Positions 1 through 9,663 are shown, counted from the first letter of the stretch. The stretch is DNA of 64,000 nt from an uncultured Gammaproteobacteria bacterium (GCA_964538435.1 CAZIDX010000001.1:203304-267303), one strand, 5' to 3'. Made by a program: numbers and translations. Notes: generated by a model not told the origin, from the sequence alone.

Positions 1-72
1 ACTGGTTCTGACCAGACATTCAACGGTTTGAGTTTCCTTTCTCGTGACAGTTGATTGCCTCGCGGCTAGACG

Positions 73-101
73 ATTAAAGCGTATTTCGAAAGTTTTGTCA
101 A
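73..101 (-). promoter_or_regulatory. sigma70 promoter for a gene running off the left edge
   Basis: Minus strand TTGACA-17 nt-TTTAAT, followed by AAAGGA and an ATG at 19 (MSGQNQ...). Confidence 0.55.
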
Positions 102-135
102 GAATCAACGTAAACAAGAAACGACTCGCAAATTG

Positions 136-177
136 AAAAATCACCACATTGTTCGGCGTAACACAACGTGATGATTT
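136..177 (-). terminator. intrinsic terminator
   Basis: AAATCATCACGTTGT...ACAATGTGGTGATTTTT hairpin with U tract on minus strand. Confidence 0.6.
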
Positions 178-288
178 CGATAGCTGAAGGATTCAGCGTG
201 TAGGTTACTCGACCTTCTCGAACAGGTACGCTTTGAAGGTGACCGGGGGCCGCCTTGCGCCCACTTCACCAGCTAATACTGAATTCAC

Positions 289-1359
289 TTACTTAGGACC
301 TTGTGCAGAATATACCCTTGTCGCAAACCATGTTGCAATCGGGACCAACAGAACAAGCGTGCTCGTACCTGCAATGGTACGTATAATTTCCTCAGCAATA
401 ATCTCTTCGTTCAACAATCGTATAATTCCGATATCATCTCGAAGTGCAAAAAGGAGAAAAATAGGGAGAGCTACACCTGAATAAGCCAAGACAAGAGTAT
501 TCACTACAGAAGCAATATGATGTCTTCCAACAGACATAGCCTTTTTGTAAAGCTCCCTAGATGTAAGCTTTGGATTTGTCTCGTGAAGCTCGAAAACAGT
601 TTCTGTTTGTGTAATAGCAATATCATCCAACACACCAACCGCACCCAAGATGATTCCAGCCAACAACAATCCCGATGGAAGCTCAATGGCATCAGTGGTC
701 AAAAACAATAAAGAAGCTTCCTCCGAACCCAACCCAGAGAGTCGAGAAAAATACACAAAGAAAGCTGAAAAAAACCATGCAAAGCACAAACCGATGATCG
801 TACTGAAATACGCGTAAACAGTTCTTTTGTTGAAACCATGTGTCAATGGAAGGTTTATAAGCAAAATCATAGCTGATCCGATGACTGTGATAAGCACAGG
901 ATCAACACCATTAAGAATCTGAGGAACGATAACACCAAACAAGATCGCACAGGTAACAGCAAGACCGACAAGCGATGTAAGACCTCTCTTTCTGCCAACC
1001 AAAACAACAAGCACTGCAAAAAACAAAACGATCCAAAGAAGCGAAGGCGTCCTTACAACATCGACAAGAAACACTTGCACCGTATCATCAGGATAGACAA
1101 TAACTTGCAACAAAACCTCTTGCCCCACCTCCAAATCATACCGCGCATCACCAAGCAGCGATTCACTACCGTCCACTACATAGCTCACACCCTCATCATC
1201 AACCGCAGTAAAAGTTGCATGCGCACCGTCATCAATCTCTTCCACAAAATCAATCGAGCTCACACTCGCACGAACCTCCTGACTAGACTGAGCATGCACA
1301 AAACCACCTGACGCAAAAAACAAACTTATAACAAAGACTGCAAAAAGATATTTTTTCAT
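289..1359 (-). CDS. YibE/F family membrane protein
   Basis: Signal peptide MKKYLFAVFV; GAVGVLDDIAITQ and VNTLVLAYSG motifs; start trimmed to ATG at 1359. Confidence 0.85.
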   Translation of the reverse strand: MKKYLFAVFVISLFFASGGFVHAQSSQEVRASVSSIDFVEEIDDGAHATFTAVDDEGVSYVVDGSESLLGDARYDLEVGQEVLLQVIVYPDDTVQVFLVDVVRTPSLLWIVLFFAVLVVLVGRKRGLTSLVGLAVTCAILFGVIVPQILNGVDPVLITVIGSAMILLINLPLTHGFNKRTVYAYFSTIIGLCFAWFFSAFFVYFSRLSGLGSEEASLLFLTTDAIELPSGLLLAGIILGAVGVLDDIAITQTETVFELHETNPKLTSRELYKKAMSVGRHHIASVVNTLVLAYSGVALPIFLLFALRDDIGIIRLLNEEIIAEEIIRTIAGTSTLVLLVPIATWFATRVYSAQGPK

Positions 1360-1396
1360 ACAAGAGAAATTATAACAGATCAGACACCACTCACTT
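1273..1396. repeat. 124-bp direct repeat of the yibE/F 5' end and upstream region (other copy 11757-11880)
   Basis: Manual alignment, 4 mismatches. Confidence 0.9.
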
Positions 1397-1429
1397 AAAC
1401 AAAAACACCTGTAATCAGATGTCTTCTGC

Positions 1430-1468
1430 TGGCTCCGAATACTGAACGGGTTCAGAACGGTTGATTGT
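1430..1468. repeat. att-like scar 1 (tRNA-Asn 3'-end junction)
   Basis: TGGCTCCGAATACTGAACGGGTTCAGAAC; shares TGGCTC with tRNA-Asn 3' end; similar to 1560 and 7771. Confidence 0.65.
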
Positions 1469-1500
1469 AACACATCCGCATATAGACCTGACCCCATAGC
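1459..1500. repeat. orphan copy of the RAYT element right end
   Basis: GGTTGATTGTAACACATCC..ATATAGACCTGACCCCATAGC matches 11703-11746. Confidence 0.85.
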
Positions 1501-1525
1501 CCCATACACAAACTCTCGCCCAACC

Positions 1526-1598
1526 AAACAAAAAACCACAGCAAGCTGTGATTTTTTGTTGGCTCCGAATAGTAAACGAGTTCAGAACCGTGGATTGG
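1526..1598. repeat. att-like scar 2 with copy of the tRNA-Asn terminator
   Basis: AAACAAAAAACCACAGCAAGCTGTGATTTTTTGTTGGCTC nearly identical to 11882-11922, then CGAATAGTAAACGAGTTCAGAAC. Confidence 0.8.
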
Positions 1599-1663
1599 AA
1601 GAAATTTCACTCAATAGTAACTCAATTTACAAACGCAAATTTCTGCCACTGCTGATATTCTAA

Positions 1664-2980
1664 CTAACTTTCGAGGACTGACCAGTATGGCTGATCATAA
1701 TTTTCACCATTTATATCCTTCAAGATATCAATGTGTTCTTGTGACAATCCATTCACGAGATCGTTTAAATAACTGATAAATTTATCACGATCATTTAAAG
1801 TAAAAAATCGTGTGTCATATTCACCAATACGAAATTGTTTTCGAGTGCCTTTTGGCAACTCTTTCAAAACTCTAGCCGATTGCTTGTCAACGAACATAGC
1901 GTCACAATATGGCAAGTAACTAGAAATAAATTGCATATCTGCAGTAGATTTTGGTGCCTTCTTTTCTCCCAAACGAGCTGATCGAGCCAATCCCGCAAAC
2001 ATTACTGAGTTAATTTTAAGATAAGGCACATCTAACAGAGAATCGGCGTCATTGAGGTACTTATGAATGATATCCAAAACTTTTGTTTGATCGACACCTT
2101 TTTCAATTGCACTTTGTATAAGTTTACTGAGCAAAGAAAAAGCGGGTGGTGGCAAGATATCGTTTATTTCAAATTGAAAGGTTGGATCAGAAACTGCCCT
2201 CAATGTTGCGTTTTCTCTTCTTTGAACAAAGGCCCTTGTTGAAGTCAATACACCTTTTCCGAAACCGAGAACCTCTTCTCTAACCCTATCCTCGAAAGAC
2301 ATTTCTTCAGACTGCCACCGCTTCCAGATATTTGCCAACTGTTGTTCTGTGGAAGTATTTACTTTTTTCAGGTTATCAATCTCCTCAGCTTGTTGTGAAA
2401 AACCCACCGAAATCCTCATGCCGATCTCCCAAGTATGTAAATCTCTAAATGAAATATTTTGAGGGTCAAGTTCAAATATTGCATGTTTCCCATCTAGCCA
2501 GCAAGCAAAGTGCTGTCGCACTTGTTGTTCTTCAATGACGTGCGCTGGAAACAATGTTTTCCCACCAGAAAAATGTTCGTATAACTTTTTTGCCACCTGA
2601 AAATCAATGCCACCAAAGCTTGACTCATCCTTATGAAAAAAGCTGTCTGGACAAACGATCACTTGTGATTTAGAAGCCCTCTCTAAAGCAACAAATAGAT
2701 CGTGCCAAAATGGGTCTCTTTTTATTCGCTCATGACTTGGGTGCGTAGAATCAAGTAGCTTTATCAGATTACTGATTACAAATTGATCTAAATAAATAAC
2801 CTGCTTAAACAGATCTGGCAGGCTGATACGATTCTGATAATGACATTTCACACATTCTCTTGTGTAATAATTGTCACCTGAAATAATAATCAAAACACCA
2901 AAAGATGTTTTGCTCTTGCATGAAGGACAATCTTTATAGGGTTCAGTTATTAAATCATTTCTTGATAACTCTTGAGCCAT
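1664..2980 (-). CDS. hypothetical protein, N-terminal Zn ribbon plus PIN-like domain
   Basis: CPSC...CVKC, then IYLDQFV and DMQFISSYLPYCDAMFVDK; start at MAQELS, 7 nt after the upstream stop. Confidence 0.6.
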   Translation of the reverse strand: MAQELSRNDLITEPYKDCPSCKSKTSFGVLIIISGDNYYTRECVKCHYQNRISLPDLFKQVIYLDQFVISNLIKLLDSTHPSHERIKRDPFWHDLFVALERASKSQVIVCPDSFFHKDESSFGGIDFQVAKKLYEHFSGGKTLFPAHVIEEQQVRQHFACWLDGKHAIFELDPQNISFRDLHTWEIGMRISVGFSQQAEEIDNLKKVNTSTEQQLANIWKRWQSEEMSFEDRVREEVLGFGKGVLTSTRAFVQRRENATLRAVSDPTFQFEINDILPPPAFSLLSKLIQSAIEKGVDQTKVLDIIHKYLNDADSLLDVPYLKINSVMFAGLARSARLGEKKAPKSTADMQFISSYLPYCDAMFVDKQSARVLKELPKGTRKQFRIGEYDTRFFTLNDRDKFISYLNDLVNGLSQEHIDILKDINGENYDQPYWSVLES

Positions 2981-2987
2981 AGGCCAC

Positions 2988-4475
2988 TCATACCAAGCTA
3001 AGCAGTCTTCTATATATTTCAACCATTGCCAACGTGTCCAGCTTACAGTATTCGAGTAGGTCTTTGGCGATCTGGTTTTTTTCTTTTTGAGAAGTCTCTG
3101 GATCAATCATCTTTTCCCATCGCTCAACTGCTTGGTCACCCTTCTGCACATTCAATGCTTTGTAAGTCAGCTCTGGCACAAGGACTGGTAACACCTTCTT
3201 GATACTCGCACTCCCCATAAACTTTGCATCAACATACATGTTTTTTGAGAAGATATGCATGAGATCAAACATGCGGTCATTCATGCCCTCAAGGAAGTCA
3301 GTGTGTTCTGGATGCAGCTCTGCGAGCTTATTGTTTCGCTGCGATTCGTACGACTTATACCAAGAGATAACAGAACCCTTGTCATCAAAATCTTTTCTCA
3401 TCTGCTCAATGAGCGGCAGGGTCAAATCTTTTGTTGGCTCAGTAATCAAAAACTCTTTATGCTCCATTGTTCCGTCTTCATGCAACACATGTAGCGAATA
3501 CTGGAACGGCACTTGTTCATAAGCACCAAAGCCGCTGAACCGAGGAATTGCAGACGAATAACCCTCATAATCAAAGAAGTGAATTGGAAACACAAGCTCG
3601 TCTAACGCTTCCTTAATAGCCTCATGGTCAATGAGAGGCTTACCAGCCATATAGGCGTTGTATTGGGCTAATTTCGCCCCTGTGAGCTTCTCAGGGTTAT
3701 CTATATCCTCAAATGCGTAGATACCACGATCAATCCAGTCATAAAACAACTTCTTGCTCCCACCAATACGATTGATGTCATGAACCGAATACTCAGGAAC
3801 GTCAGGATTCGAGTAAACAAACGTCGTACATTGCGCATTGCGGCCACGATACAAACACTGACATCCTTTCTCTTCTGGATCGTGTAAATAGGCTTTCAAA
3901 TCACTCATTTGAGCTTGTACCTCTTCCTCGGCACCAAGCACTTCATCGGTTAAATCAGCAATGATAAACAAGTCGTCATAATTAACCTTCGTAAGCATTC
4001 GATACTCACTATTAAGATGAATGACGCCCGACTTAACTATCTTCACACCACAGCCTTCAATAACAGTCTTCTGAAACGCAAGATCATTTACATGATGATG
4101 AGGCACAACACGCTTAACATCATTGGTCGCCTTAACCTCATACAACTCCCAACCACCTAACACTTCGTTAAAGCGCAAAACGTCAGCCTGAACAAAAAAC
4201 TCATCATGCAAAAATGCACCCTGAAAAATGGTGTGTGTTTTTGTTTCAAGAAGACTCTCTGTAAACGGCACTGCATTAGGACCAACAATCTCAACCAAGA
4301 CACCATCAGGAAACAGACCTCTTGCAGCTTCATCCGCAAGGTTTCCTTCTTCAATAATCTTCTTCTCAAACTCAGAAAGTTCTACCCCATCAAAAAGCTC
4401 TGGCTTATGCTTCTTCAGCCAAAGATTCTTCCTGCAATAGGTGTATTCAAGATAGTCAGTCTTTGTGATGTGCAT
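2988..4475 (-). CDS. DUF2779 domain protein (RecB/Cas4-like nuclease plus RNase H-like domain)
   Basis: ITKTDYLEYTYCRKNLWL, DVL..YEVKAT..DLAFQ, FFDYE, QVPFQYSLH, SIKKVLP, LLEYCKLDT. Confidence 0.85.
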   Translation of the reverse strand: MHITKTDYLEYTYCRKNLWLKKHKPELFDGVELSEFEKKIIEEGNLADEAARGLFPDGVLVEIVGPNAVPFTESLLETKTHTIFQGAFLHDEFFVQADVLRFNEVLGGWELYEVKATNDVKRVVPHHHVNDLAFQKTVIEGCGVKIVKSGVIHLNSEYRMLTKVNYDDLFIIADLTDEVLGAEEEVQAQMSDLKAYLHDPEEKGCQCLYRGRNAQCTTFVYSNPDVPEYSVHDINRIGGSKKLFYDWIDRGIYAFEDIDNPEKLTGAKLAQYNAYMAGKPLIDHEAIKEALDELVFPIHFFDYEGYSSAIPRFSGFGAYEQVPFQYSLHVLHEDGTMEHKEFLITEPTKDLTLPLIEQMRKDFDDKGSVISWYKSYESQRNNKLAELHPEHTDFLEGMNDRMFDLMHIFSKNMYVDAKFMGSASIKKVLPVLVPELTYKALNVQKGDQAVERWEKMIDPETSQKEKNQIAKDLLEYCKLDTLAMVEIYRRLLSLV

Positions 4476-4476
4476 A

Positions 4477-7400
4477 TCATTCAGGTTTCCAAACATCATC
4501 AATCTCTCTCATGATACGCTCAGTATTTGTCAAAGCGACGATGATTTTTTGCCAGTGGAGAATGTCGTCAAAAGTCAACCTGCACCCGCATCGATTTTTC
4601 AACCATCTCTGTGCAGGCTTGTATCCACCTATGTGAAAGTCCCAAGTATTTTCAGGAACTTTATCAAAATACTGCGTTTTGTTGATGTACACCTTTCCTG
4701 CATCAAATTTAGGATAACTTTTCTCAATTGTATTCGATCCAGAAAACGGAAACTCTGTTTTGGGCTTATCGGAAGCTTTATGATTCAAAAGGTGATAGTT
4801 ACGCAATTCTCCACCTAGTTTGATCAATTCTACAAACCGCTCGGCTGTGTCAGGATACGGGATGCAAGGAAAGTTTGTGCTCAAAAATTTTACATATTTT
4901 TTTCGGTATGAAGGTGAATACAAAATCGCGTATACATAATCAAATACATCAAGCGGTGAAAAAACATCACCTTCTGTATCATTGATTGTGGTAGCATCAA
5001 AACTGAATCTCAACCCGGTTGACCGTTCTATTTTACTCACGATATCTTGATCTAAATTCGGATTTCGGTATTGATTTTCATTAGTCCCAAATGACGTTTG
5101 ATTTGATTTATCATCATATGTATACAGTGGAAAAATCGCCGACTGTGTCGTGCGTTCAGCAAACTTCGCCTCAGTTATCAGACTGCTAACAAAAAAATGA
5201 TCTGGCCTGCCACTCTTATTACTTCGCGCGCTTGCAAGAGCCAAGTTGTTACCTGTCAGCATGTTTCGCATTACACTCCCTCTGTCTCTTTCAATAAAAT
5301 CTGGACTGTAATAGATGTGTCGGTTATCGAACGGTCTATACGAAATCTGTTTAATATTTTCTGAGTCGTATGAATGCTGTTGCGCTTGCGCTATCTTCCA
5401 GCTCTTATTTTCACGGAGATTATATTTATTCTTAGCTATTATGGGATCAAGTGTTAGAAATTCCTCTATTCTTACTTGTAATTGTTCTTTATCAAAATCA
5501 ATAACGAATGCATCTCTTGATGTCACAATCCCAACCGAATTTATTGGAAACAGAATGTTTAGATAAAAACCTTCCTCATACTTTTCCATTGCTTGAAAAT
5601 CACATCTAACGAATGGGTAATTAGGCGCTTGATTATTTAAAGTAACCCAGTTGATGGATCTAATATCATTATTCATGAGATCGTTATACTTCTCGTTTCG
5701 TTTTCCATAAAAGTCAGCATGAAGTATCTCTGCCAGCTCACTTGTTTTTCTACCATTTTTTATTGCCAAAATGATTGAAACCCCTTGCTTAATATCGAAG
5801 ACATTCTCATCTTTTCCTCCATCTGGTGCAGTCTCATTTCTTTGAGAATTACCATGTAGGTCAACTATATATATTTTGTCGAAGGTCGTAAGTAGATGCC
5901 AACGCATACCTCGAAAAGTTGGGTTATCCAGGTAACCATGATTTGTAACAAATCCAAGAACCCCCTCTCCGCTCTGTTCGATCATGTATTCTGAAAATCG
6001 CATGAACTTCACATAGTCATCATTGATCCATTTTGGATTTCGTTCACGTAATTTTTCTATTCCACCAGGCTCCTTCTTATATGCTTCCATCAGACCCATG
6101 ATGAAGTCACCCTTATTTTTTGACTCACCACTATAAGGAGGATTACCAAGTATGACCACTACTGGAGTCTCTTTTTTAACCTTATTCGCGGCATTTGCTT
6201 CGTTACTAAGCCAGGAAGAAAATAATGTATTTGTATCAGGATGTGCCTCTTCCAAACTATTAGTCAAATAGACACCAAGACGTTCGTTGGTATTTTTCTT
6301 TTGTCTATAACCAAATTCAGTAAGCAATAAATCAAGCTTTAAATGACACATGGCATAAGGTGCCATCAGAAGTTCAAAACCGTGGATTCGAGGTAATAAA
6401 TGTTCATTCACATAACTGTCCCAAATACCTTCCTGCCCTTCGAAGTTTGAGTGTATCTTACGAACAATTTCTGCCAAAAAAGTTCCTGTTCCAGTGGCTG
6501 GATCTAGAATTTGTACTCGATGCACTTCTTTTTCGATCCTTCGTTTTCCATCCTTGTATCGACCATCTGCCATCTGTGCATCAACCTCAACAGTAGTCAT
6601 GCTTGTATCAGCCAGACCTTTTTCCAGATTGAATTCATCTTTTAGAATATCGTCAATCGCCCGAACAATGAATTGAACAACCGGCTCCGGCGTATACCAT
6701 ACCCCACGAGATTTGCGCAGTTCAGGGTTAAACTCAGAAAGAAAAGTCTCATAGAAATGAATGAAAGGATCTAATCGCTTACTCTCAGAATGGAAGCTCT
6801 CCAAAATCTTTTTCACATCCGCAGCCCGGAATACATCTGCAAGCGCATCCACAATCCAAACGATACGATCATCTAGATCAGGACCAGCGACAGTGTTAAA
6901 CAACTTGCGTAAAAAAGGATTTGTTTTTGGTAAGAGTTCAGCTGCTTCTTGTCGACTAAAAGTATCAAGTGTTGGATCATGCAAGCGAGCTGCAAAGAGG
7001 CCGTATGCAATTGTCTGAGCGTACATGTCAGCAAACTCATCTTCTTTCATGTCATGAATCAGCACATTTCGAAAAGCTTGAAGCTCGCTTCGCAGATTAG
7101 ACTCTTCTTCTTCTGAATTTAGTGCTTTTGTGATCACATCTTTCATCAACCTTGCTTTTCCAGCCATGGCTTTTACCAGCCTGGATGCGGATTTGATCGT
7201 CTGACCATTATATGAAATGAAATCAGTTAACAAGTGCTGGAAGCGCTCAACTTCCTTATGATCAAAGATGATTTTATTCTTCTCTTTTGTACCAACGCAC
7301 ACTTGATCAACTTTTTCTCCATTAACAAAAAAACGAAAGTCTAAATAATCTGTTAAAACTAGATTATCTAAACTTTCAAGATATCTTTTTATTTGATCAC

Positions 7401-7653
7401 TGTTCTCGACATCATCAAGAGCAGTGCCAACATCCTTAGCCTCAATATAGCCAATCGGAACCTCTTTTTTTGTAAGAATGAAGTCTGGTGCCCCACACTC
7501 CTGACGCTTAGGTTCATTAACTGCAGAAATATTCTTGTCTAAATTTTCAATGAGGCTCTTTAGCATTGGACGGTAGCTATGTTCCGTTGCTTGGCCTGTA
7601 TCAAACTCTCTTTGGACAGACAAAAAATACTCTGCAAAAGTATCTTCATTCAT
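4477..7653 (-). CDS. Type IIG/ISP-like fused restriction-modification enzyme (N6-adenine methyltransferase)
   Basis: N-terminal PDF...IEAK nuclease motif, GVWYTPEPVV, ILDPATGTGTF, GNPPY, C-terminal specificity region. Confidence 0.9.
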   Translation of the reverse strand: MNEDTFAEYFLSVQREFDTGQATEHSYRPMLKSLIENLDKNISAVNEPKRQECGAPDFILTKKEVPIGYIEAKDVGTALDDVENSDQIKRYLESLDNLVLTDYLDFRFFVNGEKVDQVCVGTKEKNKIIFDHKEVERFQHLLTDFISYNGQTIKSASRLVKAMAGKARLMKDVITKALNSEEEESNLRSELQAFRNVLIHDMKEDEFADMYAQTIAYGLFAARLHDPTLDTFSRQEAAELLPKTNPFLRKLFNTVAGPDLDDRIVWIVDALADVFRAADVKKILESFHSESKRLDPFIHFYETFLSEFNPELRKSRGVWYTPEPVVQFIVRAIDDILKDEFNLEKGLADTSMTTVEVDAQMADGRYKDGKRRIEKEVHRVQILDPATGTGTFLAEIVRKIHSNFEGQEGIWDSYVNEHLLPRIHGFELLMAPYAMCHLKLDLLLTEFGYRQKKNTNERLGVYLTNSLEEAHPDTNTLFSSWLSNEANAANKVKKETPVVVILGNPPYSGESKNKGDFIMGLMEAYKKEPGGIEKLRERNPKWINDDYVKFMRFSEYMIEQSGEGVLGFVTNHGYLDNPTFRGMRWHLLTTFDKIYIVDLHGNSQRNETAPDGGKDENVFDIKQGVSIILAIKNGRKTSELAEILHADFYGKRNEKYNDLMNNDIRSINWVTLNNQAPNYPFVRCDFQAMEKYEEGFYLNILFPINSVGIVTSRDAFVIDFDKEQLQVRIEEFLTLDPIIAKNKYNLRENKSWKIAQAQQHSYDSENIKQISYRPFDNRHIYYSPDFIERDRGSVMRNMLTGNNLALASARSNKSGRPDHFFVSSLITEAKFAERTTQSAIFPLYTYDDKSNQTSFGTNENQYRNPNLDQDIVSKIERSTGLRFSFDATTINDTEGDVFSPLDVFDYVYAILYSPSYRKKYVKFLSTNFPCIPYPDTAERFVELIKLGGELRNYHLLNHKASDKPKTEFPFSGSNTIEKSYPKFDAGKVYINKTQYFDKVPENTWDFHIGGYKPAQRWLKNRCGCRLTFDDILHWQKIIVALTNTERIMREIDDVWKPE

Positions 7654-7685
7654 ATTGTGCTTTGGTAGGATTTTATTTGCAAAAA

Positions 7686-7696
7686 GGGGTCAGGTC
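7686..7696. repeat. isolated RAYT-type end motif
   Basis: GGGGTCAGGTC upstream of the RM gene. Confidence 0.5.
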
Positions 7697-7770
7697 GGAC
7701 TACGGACTTTTTCTATCTCAATTTTATCACAAAAAGAAAAACGAACGCTATTGATGACGTTCGTTCCTCT

Positions 7771-7800
7771 TGGCTCCGAATTGTGGAGGATGTTAGAACT
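7771..7800. repeat. att-like scar 3
   Basis: TGGCTCCGAATTGTGGAGGATGTTAGAACT next to a hairpin at ~7740-7765. Confidence 0.55.
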
Positions 7801-8567
7801 CAAATTTCAAAGAACATCTCAATCTCCTCTCTTACAACAGCTTGAATTCTTTCAACAAAAGGTAAGACATACTCGGCCCTCGACTTGTCGTCAGGAACAT
7901 CATTTTCATCAACGTGATAACACGAAGGAGAGGTGGCTACTATTATTATATCTGGCCTCTTTGGTAATGAAGTAAATAGATGGTTTAAAAAAGTCTTTAT
8001 TTCAACATCACTCACAATAGAATCACCTTCGTCCGAAGGATAAAAATAATCAATATCAATATCAAGAAAAAGAATAGACTTGCTAGAAATACCCATCACA
8101 CTTTTACAAAACGACTCTTGATCAACAAAATTTTCAAACTTAAAATTCAATTTACAATCTTTGTTGAAAACCCCACGCACCTGACTCTGACGACACAACG
8201 TAAATATTTTTGCGCCCTCCCCACACTCATAAAGAAAAGGATAAATGAAATTTTCGAATTGCAACCACTCGTTTTCAAAATGATCTATTTCAGATAATTC
8301 CTTAGGCAAATAGTGAAGCATGTCTTTATCAATAACAGCATCAGGATGCGCATCAATGTGCAGAAGGATTATTCTGTTACCACACGACTTTGTCATCAGA
8401 AATCTTTTCCAAACACCATAAGCCAACCTATGATTGTTCATGATGAAATAAGCATTCTTTTCGTCCTTCAATAAAAACCTTCCACCTAAAGCGCTTGTAA
8501 AATCGTTATTTACACTTTCAAGATTTTGCTTATATCTCCAGCCATTATCCTCTTGGTCTAACTCCAT
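7800..8567 (-). CDS. UPF0489 family protein (arginase/ureohydrolase-like fold)
   Basis: NNHRLAY, LHIDAHPD, LDIDIDYF, VATSP motifs. Confidence 0.7.
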   Translation of the reverse strand: MELDQEDNGWRYKQNLESVNNDFTSALGGRFLLKDEKNAYFIMNNHRLAYGVWKRFLMTKSCGNRIILLHIDAHPDAVIDKDMLHYLPKELSEIDHFENEWLQFENFIYPFLYECGEGAKIFTLCRQSQVRGVFNKDCKLNFKFENFVDQESFCKSVMGISSKSILFLDIDIDYFYPSDEGDSIVSDVEIKTFLNHLFTSLPKRPDIIIVATSPSCYHVDENDVPDDKSRAEYVLPFVERIQAVVREEIEMFFEI

Positions 8568-8633
8568 AAGTAATAATAGTAGATAAAACCGACCTCGTGG
8601 CCGGAGTATAATTTATCACAAACCTTCTCGATT

Positions 8634-9092
8634 TTATTGTTTTCCCGTGGTGATATTTTCAAAGACCTCCTTAAATTTGTTTCTTTTCCTTTTTTCCATA
8701 AACGACCAATCCATACTCTGCTCCAGAACTTCAATCATGTCAGAATTATCTAGCTCGTATATAACCTCTGACACACCATACTTTAAGGTCCTTCGGAATA
8801 AGTAAATCTTACCTTTGTATTCGAAATAATACGGTCTAACGATATTAAACTCATCTTCAAGCTTTTGTTTCAGAACAGAAAACTCACCGCTACCCCTATC
8901 AACAATTGGCTCTTCTGAAATTTTTGCACGTAATTCCTGTGCCGACAATCCAATATTTTTTGCATTAACAAACGCATCGAAATATCGTTCGTATAAATTT
9001 ATAAAGTACCCAACCACATCAATATCGACCACAAAAGGCTCGTTCGGACCAAATGTCTTCCATTCCAACTCATCTTGTATAACTCTTTTCAT
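8634..9092 (-). CDS. hypothetical protein
   Basis: 152-aa ORF, co-oriented and closely spaced in the AT-rich island. Confidence 0.6.
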   Translation of the reverse strand: MKRVIQDELEWKTFGPNEPFVVDIDVVGYFINLYERYFDAFVNAKNIGLSAQELRAKISEEPIVDRGSGEFSVLKQKLEDEFNIVRPYYFEYKGKIYLFRRTLKYGVSEVIYELDNSDMIEVLEQSMDWSFMEKRKRNKFKEVFENITTGKQ

Positions 9093-9107
9093 ATTCTAGA
9101 TGCTTAT

Positions 9108-9662
9108 TTACAAAAGCCCCAATTCAGACAAGATACTAGCAGCAACACTATTCTGATTAGTGAGACTGACTTGCTCCGTTATCATCGCACCCGAACACAA
9201 CTCGACCGCTTTCATAAACTTCTTCTCAAAGTCTGCATCGGTAAACTTTTTCAAGAAAAACAAAGCCATCAACAAAACTGACCACATTGTGTAAGTATCA
9301 ACTCCTGTTGCAAACAACCCGAAACCATTTGCTTTCATCTGAAAGTTCATGTGATCCCGATCTGGATCAAAAGATATATCACCAACAAAATTCTTTTTTT
9401 CTGTTCGTGAAAATTCAAGTAAATTATTGATTGCATCTTCTGGAAAATATTCTGAACCCTGTTCCGAAAGCTCATTCAAAGCCATAGAAAGATATTGCAT
9501 CGTTGGATTTCCTTTAAGATTCGAAAACTGTCTCAAAGTAAATAATAGGAAAGCAAGAATTGCGCCTCTTTGATTTTCCTGAGCACTGTCACCAGACGTT
9601 TCAAAAAGAAAAGCTGCCTTATTTTCTTCCTTGCAGTGAATTTCAAAATGTATTGTTGTCAT
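9108..9662 (-). CDS. hypothetical protein
   Basis: 184-aa ORF starting 1 nt after the upstream stop. Confidence 0.65.
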   Translation of the reverse strand: MTTIHFEIHCKEENKAAFLFETSGDSAQENQRGAILAFLLFTLRQFSNLKGNPTMQYLSMALNELSEQGSEYFPEDAINNLLEFSRTEKKNFVGDISFDPDRDHMNFQMKANGFGLFATGVDTYTMWSVLLMALFFLKKFTDADFEKKFMKAVELCSGAMITEQVSLTNQNSVAASILSELGLL

Positions 9663-9663
9663 A

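Noticed and set aside
181-274. Possible small RNA (TAGCTG...CAGCTA ends)
   Set aside because: No SRP, riboswitch or 6S motif recognisable; better explained as a coding remnant plus a local hairpin
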